A DNA stretch of 64,000 nt from Escherichia coli (GCF_003334405.1 NZ_QOWM01000003.1), one strand, 5' to 3'; shown: positions 12,398 to 29,172, numbered from the stretch's first letter. The notes: a model not told the origin generated them from the letters alone. Numbers and translations: made by a program.

Positions 12398-13609
12398 TCA
12401 CCCCACTTCTGGTAACAACCCTGCCGCAATCAAAAATTGCACGCCAATCACAGCAATACCACAGAGAAACACCACCACCAGCGCCGGACGACCACCTTTC
12501 ACCCGGTAACCCGCCTGAGGATTGTGCTTTCTGCTTTGCCAGGTCAATAGTGAAGGGATAATCAATGCCAGTACCGCCAGCGCCACACCGGCGTAACCCA
12601 GCGCCATCACAAATCCTCGTGGATAAAACAGTGCAAACGCCAACGGCGGCAGAAAGGTAATTGCACCAGTTTGCAATCGTCCACCAACGGTATTTGAACG
12701 CTGAAACAAATCAGCCAGATAATCAAATAAGCCTAACGCAACGCCGAGAAATGACGTGGCGAGGGCTAAATCAGCAAATAAATGCACTGCCAGCTCAACA
12801 TGCGGAGAGGCCACCATTTCGCGTAACGCCTGTAACAGCCCGTTTAATCCGGCATGATTAGCCAGCAATCCCATAAAGGTTGTTGAATCAATGCTGCCAA
12901 GCGTCGCCACCTGCCAGAAAATATATGCCACCAGGGGGATCGCACTACCGGTTATAAACACCCAGCGTAGCTTACGAACGTTGCCATCCATATAGCTGAC
13001 AATACTCGGCACGCTACCGTGAAAACCAAACGAGGTAAAAATCACCGGGATTGCGGACAGAGCCAGCCCCTGTTGCAACGGCAGGGTTAAAAGATTCACT
13101 TTGTGAATATGCGGTAGCAGCAATACCAGCATCACCACCAGAAAAATAATTTTGGCGCTGAACAGAAAACGGTTAAACAAATCGACCAGCGATGTCCCGA
13201 CACAAACCACGCCACCGGCAACAAAAGTGAACAACAGCACGCCAGCGGTTGCCGACATTGAAATACCTGTCCAGTCGCTGATGCTGGAGGCCAACAATTC
13301 ACCGGCACCGCTGATGTATGCCGCAGTCAGAGCATACATTAAGAACATCATACTGAAGCCCGTCAGCCACTGACCGTAGCGTCCCAGATAGCGTTTTGCC
13401 AGCGTGCCAAGACCGGTATCTGCCGGAACATGCTGGTACACCTCCAGCAGTAATAGCGCCGTGTAGCACATCAACGCCCAAAGCCCAATCAACAAGATTA
13501 ACGTAACGCTAAAACCAACACCGGCCGCAGCCAGCGGCATTGCCAGCATGCCTGCGCCAATTGTGGTTCCCGCCACGATAAAAACACTTCCCAGAGTTCT
13601 GTTTTTCAC
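12398..13609 (-). CDS. tyrP: tyrosine-specific transporter TyrP (403 aa)
   Basis: Full-length match to TyrP, multi-TM aromatic amino-acid permease. Confidence 0.95.
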   Translation of the reverse strand: MKNRTLGSVFIVAGTTIGAGMLAMPLAAAGVGFSVTLILLIGLWALMCYTALLLLEVYQHVPADTGLGTLAKRYLGRYGQWLTGFSMMFLMYALTAAYISGAGELLASSISDWTGISMSATAGVLLFTFVAGGVVCVGTSLVDLFNRFLFSAKIIFLVVMLVLLLPHIHKVNLLTLPLQQGLALSAIPVIFTSFGFHGSVPSIVSYMDGNVRKLRWVFITGSAIPLVAYIFWQVATLGSIDSTTFMGLLANHAGLNGLLQALREMVASPHVELAVHLFADLALATSFLGVALGLFDYLADLFQRSNTVGGRLQTGAITFLPPLAFALFYPRGFVMALGYAGVALAVLALIIPSLLTWQSRKHNPQAGYRVKGGRPALVVVFLCGIAVIGVQFLIAAGLLPEVG

Positions 13610-13698
13610 GCTTTCTTCTGTCCTGACGATCTTTATGAGTGATATCTGCGGCGCAGGTTAAGGCATAACGGCTGCTTCGTCAAACCGACGTTACATAT

Positions 13699-13720
13699 AG
13701 TGTAAATATAAATGTACAAT
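13699..13720. promoter_or_regulatory. TyrR box in the tyrP promoter region
   Basis: TGTAAA-N6-TGTACA at 13701-13718 (consensus TGTAAA-N6-TTTACA), about 90 nt upstream of the tyrP start. Confidence 0.55.
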
Positions 13721-13798
13721 AAAAGCGTTTAGTTCTGCGCTGGCGCAAAGTCTTCATAAGCGGCAATCGCTACGCTAGGCTTTTTTTGAGGAGGAACG

Positions 13799-14038
13799 AT
13801 GGACTCTATTCACGGTCATGAAGTGTTAAATATGATGATTGAATCAGGCGAGCAATATACGCATGCCAGTCTGGAAGCAGCAATTAAAGCGCGTTTTGGT
13901 GAACAGGCACGTTTTCACACCTGCTCGGCAGAAGGGATGACTGCGGGAGAGCTGGTAGCGTTTCTGGCAGCAAAAGGCAAATTTATACCTTCAGAAGAAG
14001 GTTTTTCGACCGATCAGAGTAAGATTTGCCGTCACTGA
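13799..14038 (+). CDS. yecH: DUF2492 protein YecH (79 aa)
   Basis: Translation MDSIHGHEVLNMMIESGEQYTHASLEAAIKARFGEQARFHTCSAEG... matches YecH. Confidence 0.85.
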   Translation: MDSIHGHEVLNMMIESGEQYTHASLEAAIKARFGEQARFHTCSAEGMTAGELVAFLAAKGKFIPSEEGFSTDQSKICRH

Positions 14039-14043
14039 TTTGA

Positions 14044-14070
14044 AACGGCGGCAGAAAACCTGCCGCCTGA
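14044..14070. terminator. hairpin between convergent yecH and ftnA
   Basis: 7-bp GC-rich stem GGCGGCA/TGCCGCC with a 7-nt loop. Confidence 0.45.
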
Positions 14071-14075
14071 GAGCA

Positions 14076-14573
14076 TTAGTTTTGTGTGTCGAGGGTAGAG
14101 AGTTCTTTGTCGATAAAATACAGACCTTCGCCGCTTTTGCCTGCCAGGCTTAATTTATCAATAATCGATTTGAACAGTTTCTCTTCTTCATGCTGCTCAG
14201 AAACATACCATTGCAGGAAATTAAATGTTGGGTAGTCCTGATTGGTCATTGCAGCATGAGCCAGTTCGTTAATTTTCTGCGTGATTAATTGTTCGTGTTT
14301 ATAGGTTTCCTGGAATAATTCATCAAGTGAGGAATATTCAGCAAACGGAGATTCAACGGTATTAATACGCGGTAAATTGCCGGTATCAGTCAGGTAATCA
14401 AACAGACGCTGCATATGCGTCATCTCTTCCTGGGCGTGACGGCGCAGGAACGCGGCAGCACCTTCGAAGGTATGATAGCTGCACCAGGCGCTCATTTGCT
14501 GATAAAGCAGTGAAGAGTACAGTTCCAGGTTCATCTGCTCATTAAGTTTTTCAATCATTTCTGGTTTCAGCAT
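14076..14573 (-). CDS. ftnA: ferritin FtnA (165 aa)
   Basis: Recognised N-terminus [15 protein letters not shown]; track ORF extended 5 codons upstream. Confidence 0.93.
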
Positions 14574-14743
14574 GATAGTGCTCCACAAAGGTTATATTTG
14601 TTGCTGTGGCGTCACTATAATTTGTTATTTTATTATTTGCAAAAGGTAAAATATAAACTTCAATTATTAAAAATACGAATGGGAATAAAACGCATTACCG
14701 CTATTTCTTTAATCAGCGAAGATCCCCTCGCTGATTAAAATAT

Positions 14744-15067
14744 TTAGAGAAAGACAGGGAAGGCGGAATGATGGCACTGATATGACAAAGTGAATTCCGT
14801 ATTCAAACATAAGGAACCCGCAAAAAGGCTACAGTTGCCTACTGGCTGACCAAAGGGGACCGCGTGGGTATAGCCTTCCTGCTGGCATGCGCGATCGGCG
14901 ATCCCGCGACTGACATAACGATCGGTATGGGCATGCTGCAAAAAAGCCTGGTCATAAACTAACCGTACAATACCTGTTGCCGCGTCAACTTCGCTCACAT
15001 GGGCCTGGCGAGTAACCGTACACCCCGCCAGCGTTATTAATGAAAGAGTCAGAATCAGAAGTCTCAT
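14744..15067 (-). CDS. yecR: lipoprotein YecR (107 aa)
   Basis: Signal peptide with lipobox LAGC (MRLLILTLSLITLAGC); matches YecR. Confidence 0.85.
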   Translation of the reverse strand: MRLLILTLSLITLAGCTVTRQAHVSEVDAATGIVRLVYDQAFLQHAHTDRYVSRGIADRACQQEGYTHAVPFGQPVGNCSLFAGSLCLNTEFTLSYQCHHSAFPVFL

Positions 15068-15230
15068 GGTCCAGCCAGAAGAGTAAGAGAAAGCACTATT
15101 TTACGCGTTACAGTGCTGCGACAATGGCCGGAAAAGACGCCTGGCAGGCGCTATTTCTTGCCATCTGTAGGTGTCAGAAATAGGGGGCTGTTTTTTGATT
15201 ATCATTTTTATAACATTAAAGGGGTATTTA

Positions 15231-15246
15231 TGTGATTTGCATCACA
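15231..15246. promoter_or_regulatory. CRP binding site upstream of azuC
   Basis: Perfect palindromic TGTGA-TTTGCA-TCACA; a second CRP-like site TGTGA-N6-TCATA at 15261-15276. Confidence 0.65.
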
Positions 15247-15328
15247 TAAAGATTGATTTTTGTGATGGTTGTCATATTATAAGCGCAAAGACAATAACAC
15301 CTGTATAACAAATAGTCGGAGTGCCGCG

Positions 15329-15415
15329 ATGAAACTGCGCAAAATCCTGAAAAGTATGTTCAATAACTATTGCAAGACGTTCAAAGACGTACCGCCAGGC
15401 AATATGTTCCGATAA
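15329..15415 (+). CDS. azuC: small protein AzuC (28 aa)
   Basis: ATG with RBS GGAG; translation MKLRKILKSMFNNYCKTFKDVPPGNMFR; too short for the ORF track. Confidence 0.8.
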   Translation: MKLRKILKSMFNNYCKTFKDVPPGNMFR

Positions 15416-15444
15416 CAAAAAACCTGCTCCGGCAGGTTTTTTTG
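15416..15444 (+). terminator. rho-independent terminator of azuC
   Basis: ACCTGC-TCCG-GCAGGT hairpin followed by TTTTTTT. Confidence 0.75.
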
Positions 15445-15529
15445 TGTCCTGATGACGGTGGATGTGACTATCGCTGAAGATGTGAAGCCGCTACTATAAC
15501 GGCTTTCAAAATGCTATCAGGAGTTTACG

Positions 15530-15781
15530 ATGTCCCAGCCGCTGAATGCCGATCAGGAACTGGTTTCTGATGTGGTTGCTTGCCAGTTGGTTATCAAACA
15601 AATTCTGGATGTTCTCGATGTAATCGCGCCCGTTGAAGTTCGTGAAAAAATGTCCAGTCAGCTGAAGAATATCGACTTTACTAACCATCCCGCCGCCGCA
15701 GACCCGGTCACCATGCGGGCAATCCAAAAAGCCATCGCGCTTATTGAACTCAAGTTTACCCCACAGGGTGAATCCCATTAA
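15530..15781 (+). CDS. yecJ: DUF2766 protein YecJ (83 aa)
   Basis: Translation [24 protein letters not shown]... matches YecJ; RBS AGGAG upstream. Confidence 0.85.
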
Positions 15782-15784
15782 AAA

Positions 15785-15817
15785 AACCGCTGCTTCAAAC
15801 AGATGAGGCAGCGGTTT
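15785..15817. terminator. bidirectional terminator between convergent yecJ and ftnB
   Basis: 7-bp stem CCGCTGC/GCAGCGG flanked by an A-run and TTT. Confidence 0.5.
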
Positions 15818-15859
15818 CTCAAAACCTTCATCGGCGCAATGCATTAGCGCCGATGATGA

Positions 15860-16363
15860 TCAATGCAGCTGGTGTGACACGACATTCAGAACATGTTGGT
15901 CGGTCTGCACAGGGCACATACCCGCAAGTTTCGCACTGCGCACTTCATCAAGAATGGTTTGCAGCAACAGACCATCATGCTGCTGTTCTTTTTCCAGATC
16001 GCGCAGGAAATTGACGGTTGAATCATCATTCAGTTCTTTCGCTTCATCGGCTAACTGTGCCAACGTACTAGAACGTTGCTCGTATTCTTCCATCGTTTTT
16101 TGGAACAGTTCTTCCAGAGAGTTCAGTTTTTCACCGGGAACATCAATGGCTTTAACGATGGGGGTAGCGCCGACACTCTTCATAAAGTTAAACATGCGCA
16201 TCATTTGGGTCACATTACTCTGTGCCTGGGCGCGAAGGAAAGTGGCGGTGCCGTTCAGACTCTGTTCAGAACACCAGTTACTCAGGTGAAGGTAGAGATT
16301 GGATGCGTAAAACTCGCGGTTCATTTGAGAGTTGAGTTTGAGAAGCATTCCAGCGGTTGCCAT
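15860..16363 (-). CDS. ftnB: ferritin-like protein FtnB (167 aa)
   Basis: Translation [31 protein letters not shown]... matches FtnB. Confidence 0.93.
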   Translation of the reverse strand: MATAGMLLKLNSQMNREFYASNLYLHLSNWCSEQSLNGTATFLRAQAQSNVTQMMRMFNFMKSVGATPIVKAIDVPGEKLNSLEELFQKTMEEYEQRSSTLAQLADEAKELNDDSTVNFLRDLEKEQQHDGLLLQTILDEVRSAKLAGMCPVQTDQHVLNVVSHQLH

Positions 16364-17159
16364 ACCTAATATCCTTATATCCAGAAGTGGAGAGGTGCAA
16401 GATAAATCAAAACACCATAATTACTGTTTGCAGAATAATTCCTTTCTGCCGGTCCGAAATGTGATCGTGGAGTCAATTCTGACGATGATCTGAAATAAGA
16501 ATAACGTCTGAACGGGTATAAGAAAATGCTTAAATCATCAAGTTTATATATTTTTACATTTCATTGATGAAATCAATGTAACTGCAATGAATTTTAATGA
16601 TAGTGCTTTTTGTATCTTGTTGATATTAATCAATGAATTTGAATTCATGATGAAGTGATGATTTTATAAAACGTTTTTTCATTTTTGCGAGATGGCTCTC
16701 ATTATACGTGTTCTGTTAATTAATGAGCACAGTGATAATTAATGACGAAATGAATGACGTGCATTTTCCACATCTTTGAGTTGCGGTTATTACACCATTT
16801 CAAAAACTCAACGCCAGGTAATGCGGCCTATTGACTGGTTAAAAAGAAGACATCCCGCATGGGTACCAAAGACAACAAGGATTTCCAGGCTAATCTTATG
16901 GATTAATCTGCTGTGCATTCGACAATTTGTCTGACAAATTGGCTTTCCCTTATGTCTTTTCCCGCTAAATTTATGCACGTTCTCACTGTAATTCTGCGAT
17001 GTGATATTGCTCTCCTATGGAGAATTAATTTCTCGCTAAAACTATGTCAACACAGTCACTTATCTTTTAGTTAAAAGGTAATGCTTTGTTTTCCGATTAA
17101 TTTAACGAATGTCATTCGTTTTTGCCCTACACAAAACGACACTAAAGCTGGAGAGAACC

Positions 17160-18149
17160 ATGCACAAATTTACTAAAGCCCTGGCAGCCATTGGTCTGGC
17201 AGCCGTTATGTCACAATCCGCTATGGCGGAGAACCTGAAGCTCGGTTTTCTGGTGAAGCAACCGGAAGAGCCGTGGTTCCAGACCGAATGGAAGTTTGCC
17301 GATAAAGCCGGGAAGGATTTAGGGTTTGAGGTTATTAAGATTGCCGTGCCGGATGGCGAAAAAACATTGAACGCGATCGACAGCCTGGCTGCCAGTGGCG
17401 CAAAAGGTTTCGTTATTTGTACTCCGGACCCCAAACTCGGCTCTGCCATCGTCGCGAAAGCGCGTGGCTACGATATGAAAGTCATTGCCGTGGATGACCA
17501 GTTTGTTAACGCCAAAGGTAAGCCAATGGATACCGTTCCGCTGGTGATGATGGCGGCGACTAAAATTGGCGAACGTCAGGGCCAGGAACTGTATAAAGAG
17601 ATGCAGAAACGTGGCTGGGATGTCAAAGAAAGCGCGGTGATGGCGATTACCGCCAACGAACTGGATACCGCCCGCCGCCGTACTACGGGATCTATGGATG
17701 CGCTGAAAGCGGCCGGATTCCCGGAAAAACAAATTTATCAGGTACCTACCAAATCTAACGACATCCCGGGGGCATTTGACGCTGCCAACTCAATGCTGGT
17801 TCAACATCCGGAAGTTAAACATTGGCTGATCGTCGGTATGAACGACAGCACCGTGCTGGGCGGCGTACGCGCGACGGAAGGTCAGGGCTTTAAAGCGGCC
17901 GATATCATCGGCATTGGCATTAACGGTGTGGATGCGGTGAGCGAACTGTCTAAAGCACAGGCAACCGGCTTCTACGGTTCCCTGCTGCCAAGCCCGGACG
18001 TACATGGCTATAAATCCAGCGAAATGCTTTACAACTGGGTAGCAAAAGACGTTGAACCGCCAAAATTTACCGAAGTTACCGACGTGGTACTGATCACGCG
18101 TGACAACTTTAAAGAAGAACTGGAGAAAAAAGGTTTAGGCGGTAAGTAA
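17160..18149 (+). CDS. araF: L-arabinose ABC transporter periplasmic binding protein AraF (329 aa)
   Basis: Recognised N-terminus MHKFTKALAAIGLAAVMSQSAMA (signal peptide), RBS GGAGAG; track ORF N-extended to 17109. Confidence 0.95.
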   Translation: MHKFTKALAAIGLAAVMSQSAMAENLKLGFLVKQPEEPWFQTEWKFADKAGKDLGFEVIKIAVPDGEKTLNAIDSLAASGAKGFVICTPDPKLGSAIVAKARGYDMKVIAVDDQFVNAKGKPMDTVPLVMMAATKIGERQGQELYKEMQKRGWDVKESAVMAITANELDTARRRTTGSMDALKAAGFPEKQIYQVPTKSNDIPGAFDAANSMLVQHPEVKHWLIVGMNDSTVLGGVRATEGQGFKAADIIGIGINGVDAVSELSKAQATGFYGSLLPSPDVHGYKSSEMLYNWVAKDVEPPKFTEVTDVVLITRDNFKEELEKKGLGGK

Positions 18150-18164
18150 TTTGCCGGAAAAATT

Positions 18165-18187
18165 CCCCTCTGCATGATGCAGAGGGG
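18165..18187 (+). promoter_or_regulatory. intra-operon stem-loop between araF and araG
   Basis: 10-bp perfect inverted repeat CCCCTCTGCA-TGA-TGCAGAGGGG with no U-tract; likely an mRNA stability or processing element. Confidence 0.5.
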
Positions 18188-18218
18188 GTGTGAACGACCA
18201 GTGATTCACGGAGACGTT

Positions 18219-19733
18219 ATGCAACAGTCTACCCCGTATCTCTCATTTCGCGGCATCGGTAAAACGTTTCCCGGCGTTAAGGCGCTGACGGATATTAGTT
18301 TTGACTGCTATGCCGGTCAGGTTCATGCGTTGATGGGTGAAAATGGCGCAGGAAAATCAACTCTCTTAAAAATCCTCAGCGGCAACTATGCGCCAACCAC
18401 GGGTTCTGTAGTGATTAATGGGCAGGAAATGTCCTTTTCCGACACGACCGCAGCACTTAACGCGGGCGTGGCGATTATTTACCAGGAACTGCATCTCGTG
18501 CCGGAAATGACCGTCGCGGAAAACATCTATCTCGGCCAGCTGCCGCATAAAGGCGGCATTGTGAATCGCTCATTGCTGAATTATGAGGCGGGTTTACAAC
18601 TTAAACATCTTGGTATGGATATTGACCCGGACACGCCGCTGAAATATCTCTCCATTGGTCAGTGGCAGATGGTTGAAATCGCCAAAGCGCTGGCGCGTAA
18701 CGCCAAAATTATCGCCTTTGATGAGCCAACCAGCTCCCTCTCTGCCCGTGAAATCGACAATCTTTTCCGCGTTATTCGTGAACTGCGAAAAGAGGGGCGG
18801 GTAATCTTATACGTTTCTCACCGTATGGAAGAAATATTTGCCCTCAGCGATGCCATTACTGTCTTTAAAGATGGACGTTATGTCAAAACCTTTACCGATA
18901 TGCAGCAGGTTGACCACGACGCGCTGGTGCAGGCGATGGTCGGGCGCGACATTGGCGATATCTACGGCTGGCAACCGCGTAGTTATGGCGAGGAGCGCCT
19001 ACGTCTTGATGCTGTGAAAGCACCAGGCGTGCGTACGCCAATAAGTCTGGCGGTTCGCAGTGGTGAAATTGTTGGGCTGTTTGGTCTGGTAGGGGCGGGG
19101 CGTAGCGAATTAATGAAAGGCATGTTTGGCGGGACGCAAATCACCGCCGGTCAGGTTTATATCGACCAACAGCCGATCGATATTCGTAAACCGAGCCACG
19201 CCATTGCCGCAGGCATGATGCTCTGCCCGGAAGATCGCAAAGCGGAAGGCATTATTCCCGTGCACTCCGTTCGCGACAATATCAACATCAGTGCCAGACG
19301 TAAACATGTGCTCGGCGGTTGTGTAATCAACAACGGTTGGGAAGAAAACAATGCCGATCACCACATTCGTTCGCTCAACATCAAAACGCCGGGCGCGGAG
19401 CAACTGATCATGAATCTCTCAGGCGGAAATCAGCAAAAAGCCATTCTGGGCCGCTGGTTATCGGAAGAGATGAAGGTCATTTTGCTGGATGAACCTACGC
19501 GCGGCATTGATGTTGGCGCTAAGCACGAAATATATAACGTAATTTATGCGCTGGCGGCGCAGGGCGTGGCGGTGCTGTTTGCCTCCAGCGACTTACCTGA
19601 AGTCCTCGGCGTTGCCGACCGGATTGTGGTGATGCGGGAAGGTGAAATCGCCGGTGAATTGTTACACGAGCAGGCAGATGAGCGTCAGGCACTGAGCCTT
19701 GCGATGCCTAAAGTCAGCCAGGCTGTTGCCTGA
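18219..19733 (+). CDS. araG: L-arabinose ABC transporter ATPase AraG (504 aa)
   Basis: Recognised N-terminus [17 protein letters not shown]; duplicated ABC ATPase domains; track ORF N-extended to 18174. Confidence 0.95.
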
Positions 19734-19744
19734 GTAAGGAGAGT

Positions 19745-23100
<3,356 letters not shown>

Positions 23101-23106
23101 GAGCGG

Positions 23107-23535
23107 TTAATCTCCCGTAAGTGGAACTAACAGCACATCGACCTCACTTGAGGCAATAACTCTTTTCGCCGAGCAGGATGCTCGCGAAAAGAAACTGTGA
23201 TTGTGATTACCGCAAATCACCAAATCGAAATGATGCTTGTGACATACTTCCAGAATATGTTCGCTTAACTCACCGTAGGCAATAAACGTCTTGTCAACGG
23301 GATACCCCGCATCCTGAATTAACTTATCAAGAAAGCTTTGCGTTTCTTCCTGCATCACGCTGCGTAAATCTTCAAGCATCGGCGCAGCTAATTGATTGTA
23401 CATTTCCGGGTCGGAAGCGAGAGTAATTAAACTGATGTGTCCCTTTACTGGCCTGGCGATAGATACCGCTTTTGCCAGCAGTTGCTGACTTTCCGGTGTA
23501 ACCGCAACAGCGACAAGAATATTGCTATAGCTCAT
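23107..23535 (-). CDS. uspC: universal stress protein UspC (142 aa)
   Basis: Translation MSYSNILVAVAVTPESQQLLAKAV... matches UspC. Confidence 0.92.
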   Translation of the reverse strand: MSYSNILVAVAVTPESQQLLAKAVSIARPVKGHISLITLASDPEMYNQLAAPMLEDLRSVMQEETQSFLDKLIQDAGYPVDKTFIAYGELSEHILEVCHKHHFDLVICGNHNHSFFSRASCSAKRVIASSEVDVLLVPLTGD

Positions 23536-24037
23536 AACCTGTTCCTTATTCTGTGAACTTCAGGTGACATTAAAGCTTTACTCCTAATGGAGAAACGACG
23601 CAATCCCAACTCGGTCAAACAGGTAAATATTAGTCTGATTATTAGTAAAGACAATTAATCAATCACTCCCGGTGATCATATAATTTCAAATGTAATTATA
23701 AGAAAATAGTGTACTGATTCTCCGCATTAAACAAGTGGTTAATATATGTAAAACATTTCATTAACATTAAGTTGATTGTTGCCTTTCTTTGTATTTAATT
23801 AGTTTGTTGTGCGGTAAGTGTCTGTTTAAAAATAGCTTATCTGGTATTGCATGAAAGTGATTATTTATAGCAGATGATTATTTACGGTGAGTTATTTTGA
23901 CTGTGCGCAACATCCCATTTCGATTATTCCTGTTTCATTTTTGCTTGCTAGCGTAGCGAAAAACTTTTTAACAGATTGAAATACACCCAAAACAAAAGTA
24001 TGACTTATACATTTATGTTAAGTAATTGAGTGTTTTG

Positions 24038-24053
24038 TGTGATCTGCATCACG
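24038..24053. promoter_or_regulatory. CRP binding site of the flhDC class-1 promoter
   Basis: TGTGA-TCTGCA-TCACG, 9/10 to the CRP consensus; centred about 71 bp upstream of the inferred TSS. Confidence 0.6.
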
Positions 24054-24081
24054 CATTATTGAAAATCGCAGCCCCCCTCCG

Positions 24082-24110
24082 TTGTATGTGCGTGTAGTGA
24101 CGAGTACAGT
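24082..24110 (+). promoter_or_regulatory. putative sigma70 promoter of flhDC
   Basis: Weak -35 TTGTAT and -10 TACAGT with 17-nt spacer; inferred TSS near 24117 gives the known ~198-nt flhDC leader. Confidence 0.45.
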
Positions 24111-24314
24111 TGCGTCGATTTAGGAAAAATCTTAGATAAGTGTAAAGACCCATTTCTATTTGTAAGGACATATTAAACCAAAAAGGTGGTTCTGCTTATT
24201 GCAGCTTATCGCAACTATTCTAATGCTAATTATTTTTTACCGGGGCTTCCCGGCGACATCACGGGGTGCGGTGAAACCGCATAAAAATAAAGTTGGTTAT
24301 TCTGGGTGGGAATA

Positions 24315-24665
24315 ATGCATACCTCCGAGTTGCTGAAACACATTTATGACATCAACTTGTCATATTTACTACTTGCACAGCGTTTGATTGTTCAGGACAA
24401 AGCGTCCGCTATGTTTCGTCTCGGCATAAATGAAGAAATGGCGACAACGTTAGCGGCACTGACTCTTCCGCAAATGGTTAAGCTGGCAGAAACCAATCAA
24501 CTGGTTTGTCACTTCCGTTTTGACAGCCACCAGACGATTACTCAGTTGACGCAAGATTCCCGCGTTGACGATCTCCAGCAAATTCATACCGGCATCATGC
24601 TCTCAACACGCTTGCTGAATGATGTTAATCAGCCTGAAGAAGCGCTGCGCAAGAAAAGGGCCTGA
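24315..24665 (+). CDS. flhD: flagellar master regulator FlhD (116 aa)
   Basis: Translation [19 protein letters not shown]...; an alternative GTG start at 24306 would give 119 aa. Confidence 0.93.
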
Positions 24666-24667
24666 TC

Positions 24668-25246
24668 ATGAGTGAAAAAAGCATTGTTCAGGAAGCGCGG
24701 GATATTCAGCTGGCAATGGAATTGATCACCCTGGGCGCTCGTTTGCAGATGCTGGAAAGCGAAACACAGTTAAGTCGCGGACGCCTGATAAAACTTTATA
24801 AAGAACTGCGCGGAAGCCCACCGCCGAAAGGCATGCTGCCATTCTCAACCGACTGGTTTATGACCTGGGAACAAAACGTTCATGCTTCGATGTTCTGTAA
24901 TGCATGGCAGTTTTTACTGAAAACCGGTTTGTGTAATGGCGTCGATGCGGTGATCAAAGCCTACCGTTTATACCTTGAACAGTGCCCACAAGCAGAAGAA
25001 GGACCACTGCTGGCATTAACCCGTGCCTGGACATTGGTGCGGTTTGTTGAAAGTGGATTACTGCAACTTTCCAGCTGCAACTGCTGCGGCGGCAATTTTA
25101 TTACCCACGCTCACCAGCCTGTTGGCAGCTTTGCCTGCAGCTTATGTCAACCGCCATCCCGGGCAGTAAAAAGACGTAAACTTTCCCAGAATCCTGCCGA
25201 TATTATCCCACAACTGCTGGATGAACAGAGAGTACAGGCTGTTTAA
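24668..25246 (+). CDS. flhC: flagellar master regulator FlhC (192 aa)
   Basis: Translation [27 protein letters not shown]... with C-terminal Cys-rich zinc site. Confidence 0.95.
25177..25203 (+). promoter_or_regulatory. sigma28 promoter inside the flhC 3' end (motA / MotR promoter)
   Basis: TAAA(25177-25180)-N15-GCCGATAT(25196-25203), within the last 70 nt of flhC. Confidence 0.6.
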
Positions 25247-25304
25247 CTGATACGGTGAGGCGCAACATTCCAGCAGCGGTAACGACGTACCGCTGCTTTT
25301 TTTT
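25210..25304 (+). ncRNA. motR: probable MotR sRNA (motA 5' leader-derived)
   Basis: Interval between the sigma28 promoter at 25177-25203 and the strong terminator at 25273-25304, about 95 nt; consistent with the described sigma28-dependent MotR sRNA. Confidence 0.4.
25273..25304 (+). terminator. rho-independent terminator after flhC
   Basis: 9-bp stem GCAGCGGTA/TACCGCTGC followed by T8. Confidence 0.75.
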
Positions 25305-25372
25305 GCCCCAATCGCGCGTTAACGCCTGACGACTGAACATCCTGTCATGGTCAACAGTGGAAGGATGATGTC

Positions 25373-26256
25373 GTGCTTATCTTATTAGGTTACCTGGTTG
25401 TTCTCGGTACAGTTTTCGGCGGTTATTTGATGACCGGTGGAAGCCTTGGAGCACTCTATCAACCCGCTGAACTGGTGATTATTGCCGGTGCAGGGATTGG
25501 GTCGTTTATCGTCGGCAATAATGGCAAAGCGATTAAAGGCACGCTGAAGGCGCTGCCGTTGCTGTTTCGTCGCTCCAAATACACCAAAGCAATGTATATG
25601 GATCTGCTGGCTCTGCTTTATCGGTTGATGGCGAAATCGCGGCAGATGGGGATGTTTTCGCTGGAACGTGATATTGAAAATCCCCGTGAGAGCGAGATCT
25701 TCGCCAGCTACCCACGCATCCTCGCGGATAGCGTCATGCTTGATTTTATCGTCGATTATCTGCGCCTGATTATCAGCGGTCACATGAACACCTTCGAAAT
25801 CGAAGCTCTGATGGATGAAGAGATTGAGACGCACGAAAGCGAGGCAGAAGTCCCGGCGAACAGTCTGGCGCTGGTCGGGGACTCACTTCCGGCGTTTGGT
25901 ATTGTTGCGGCTGTAATGGGGGTCGTTCACGCGTTAGGTTCAGCCGATCGTCCTGCCGCCGAGCTGGGTGCGCTTATCGCACATGCGATGGTGGGGACTT
26001 TCCTCGGCATTTTATTGGCTTACGGATTTATTTCCCCATTAGCGACTGTTTTACGTCAGAAAAGCGCCGAAACCAGCAAAATGATGCAGTGCGTCAAAGT
26101 CACTCTGCTTTCTAATCTGAACGGTTACGCACCGCCTATCGCCGTTGAGTTTGGTCGCAAAACGCTCTATTCCAGCGAACGTCCGTCGTTTATTGAACTG
26201 GAAGAGCATGTGCGTGCGGTGAAAAATCCGCAACAACAGACGACAACCGAGGAAGC

Positions 26257-26260
<4 letters not shown>
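25373..26260 (+). CDS. motA: flagellar stator protein MotA (295 aa, GTG start)
   Basis: Translation [30 protein letters not shown]... matches MotA. Confidence 0.95.
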
Positions 26261-29152
<2,892 letters not shown>

Positions 29153-29172
29153 ATGAGTAAAAAGGTAACAAT

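Noticed and set aside
16380-16480. Possible ~32-codon small ORF (GTG after GGAGAG) in the ftnB upstream region
   Set aside because: It is the reverse complement of the ftnB promoter and leader region; with no conservation or expression evidence available it cannot be supported.
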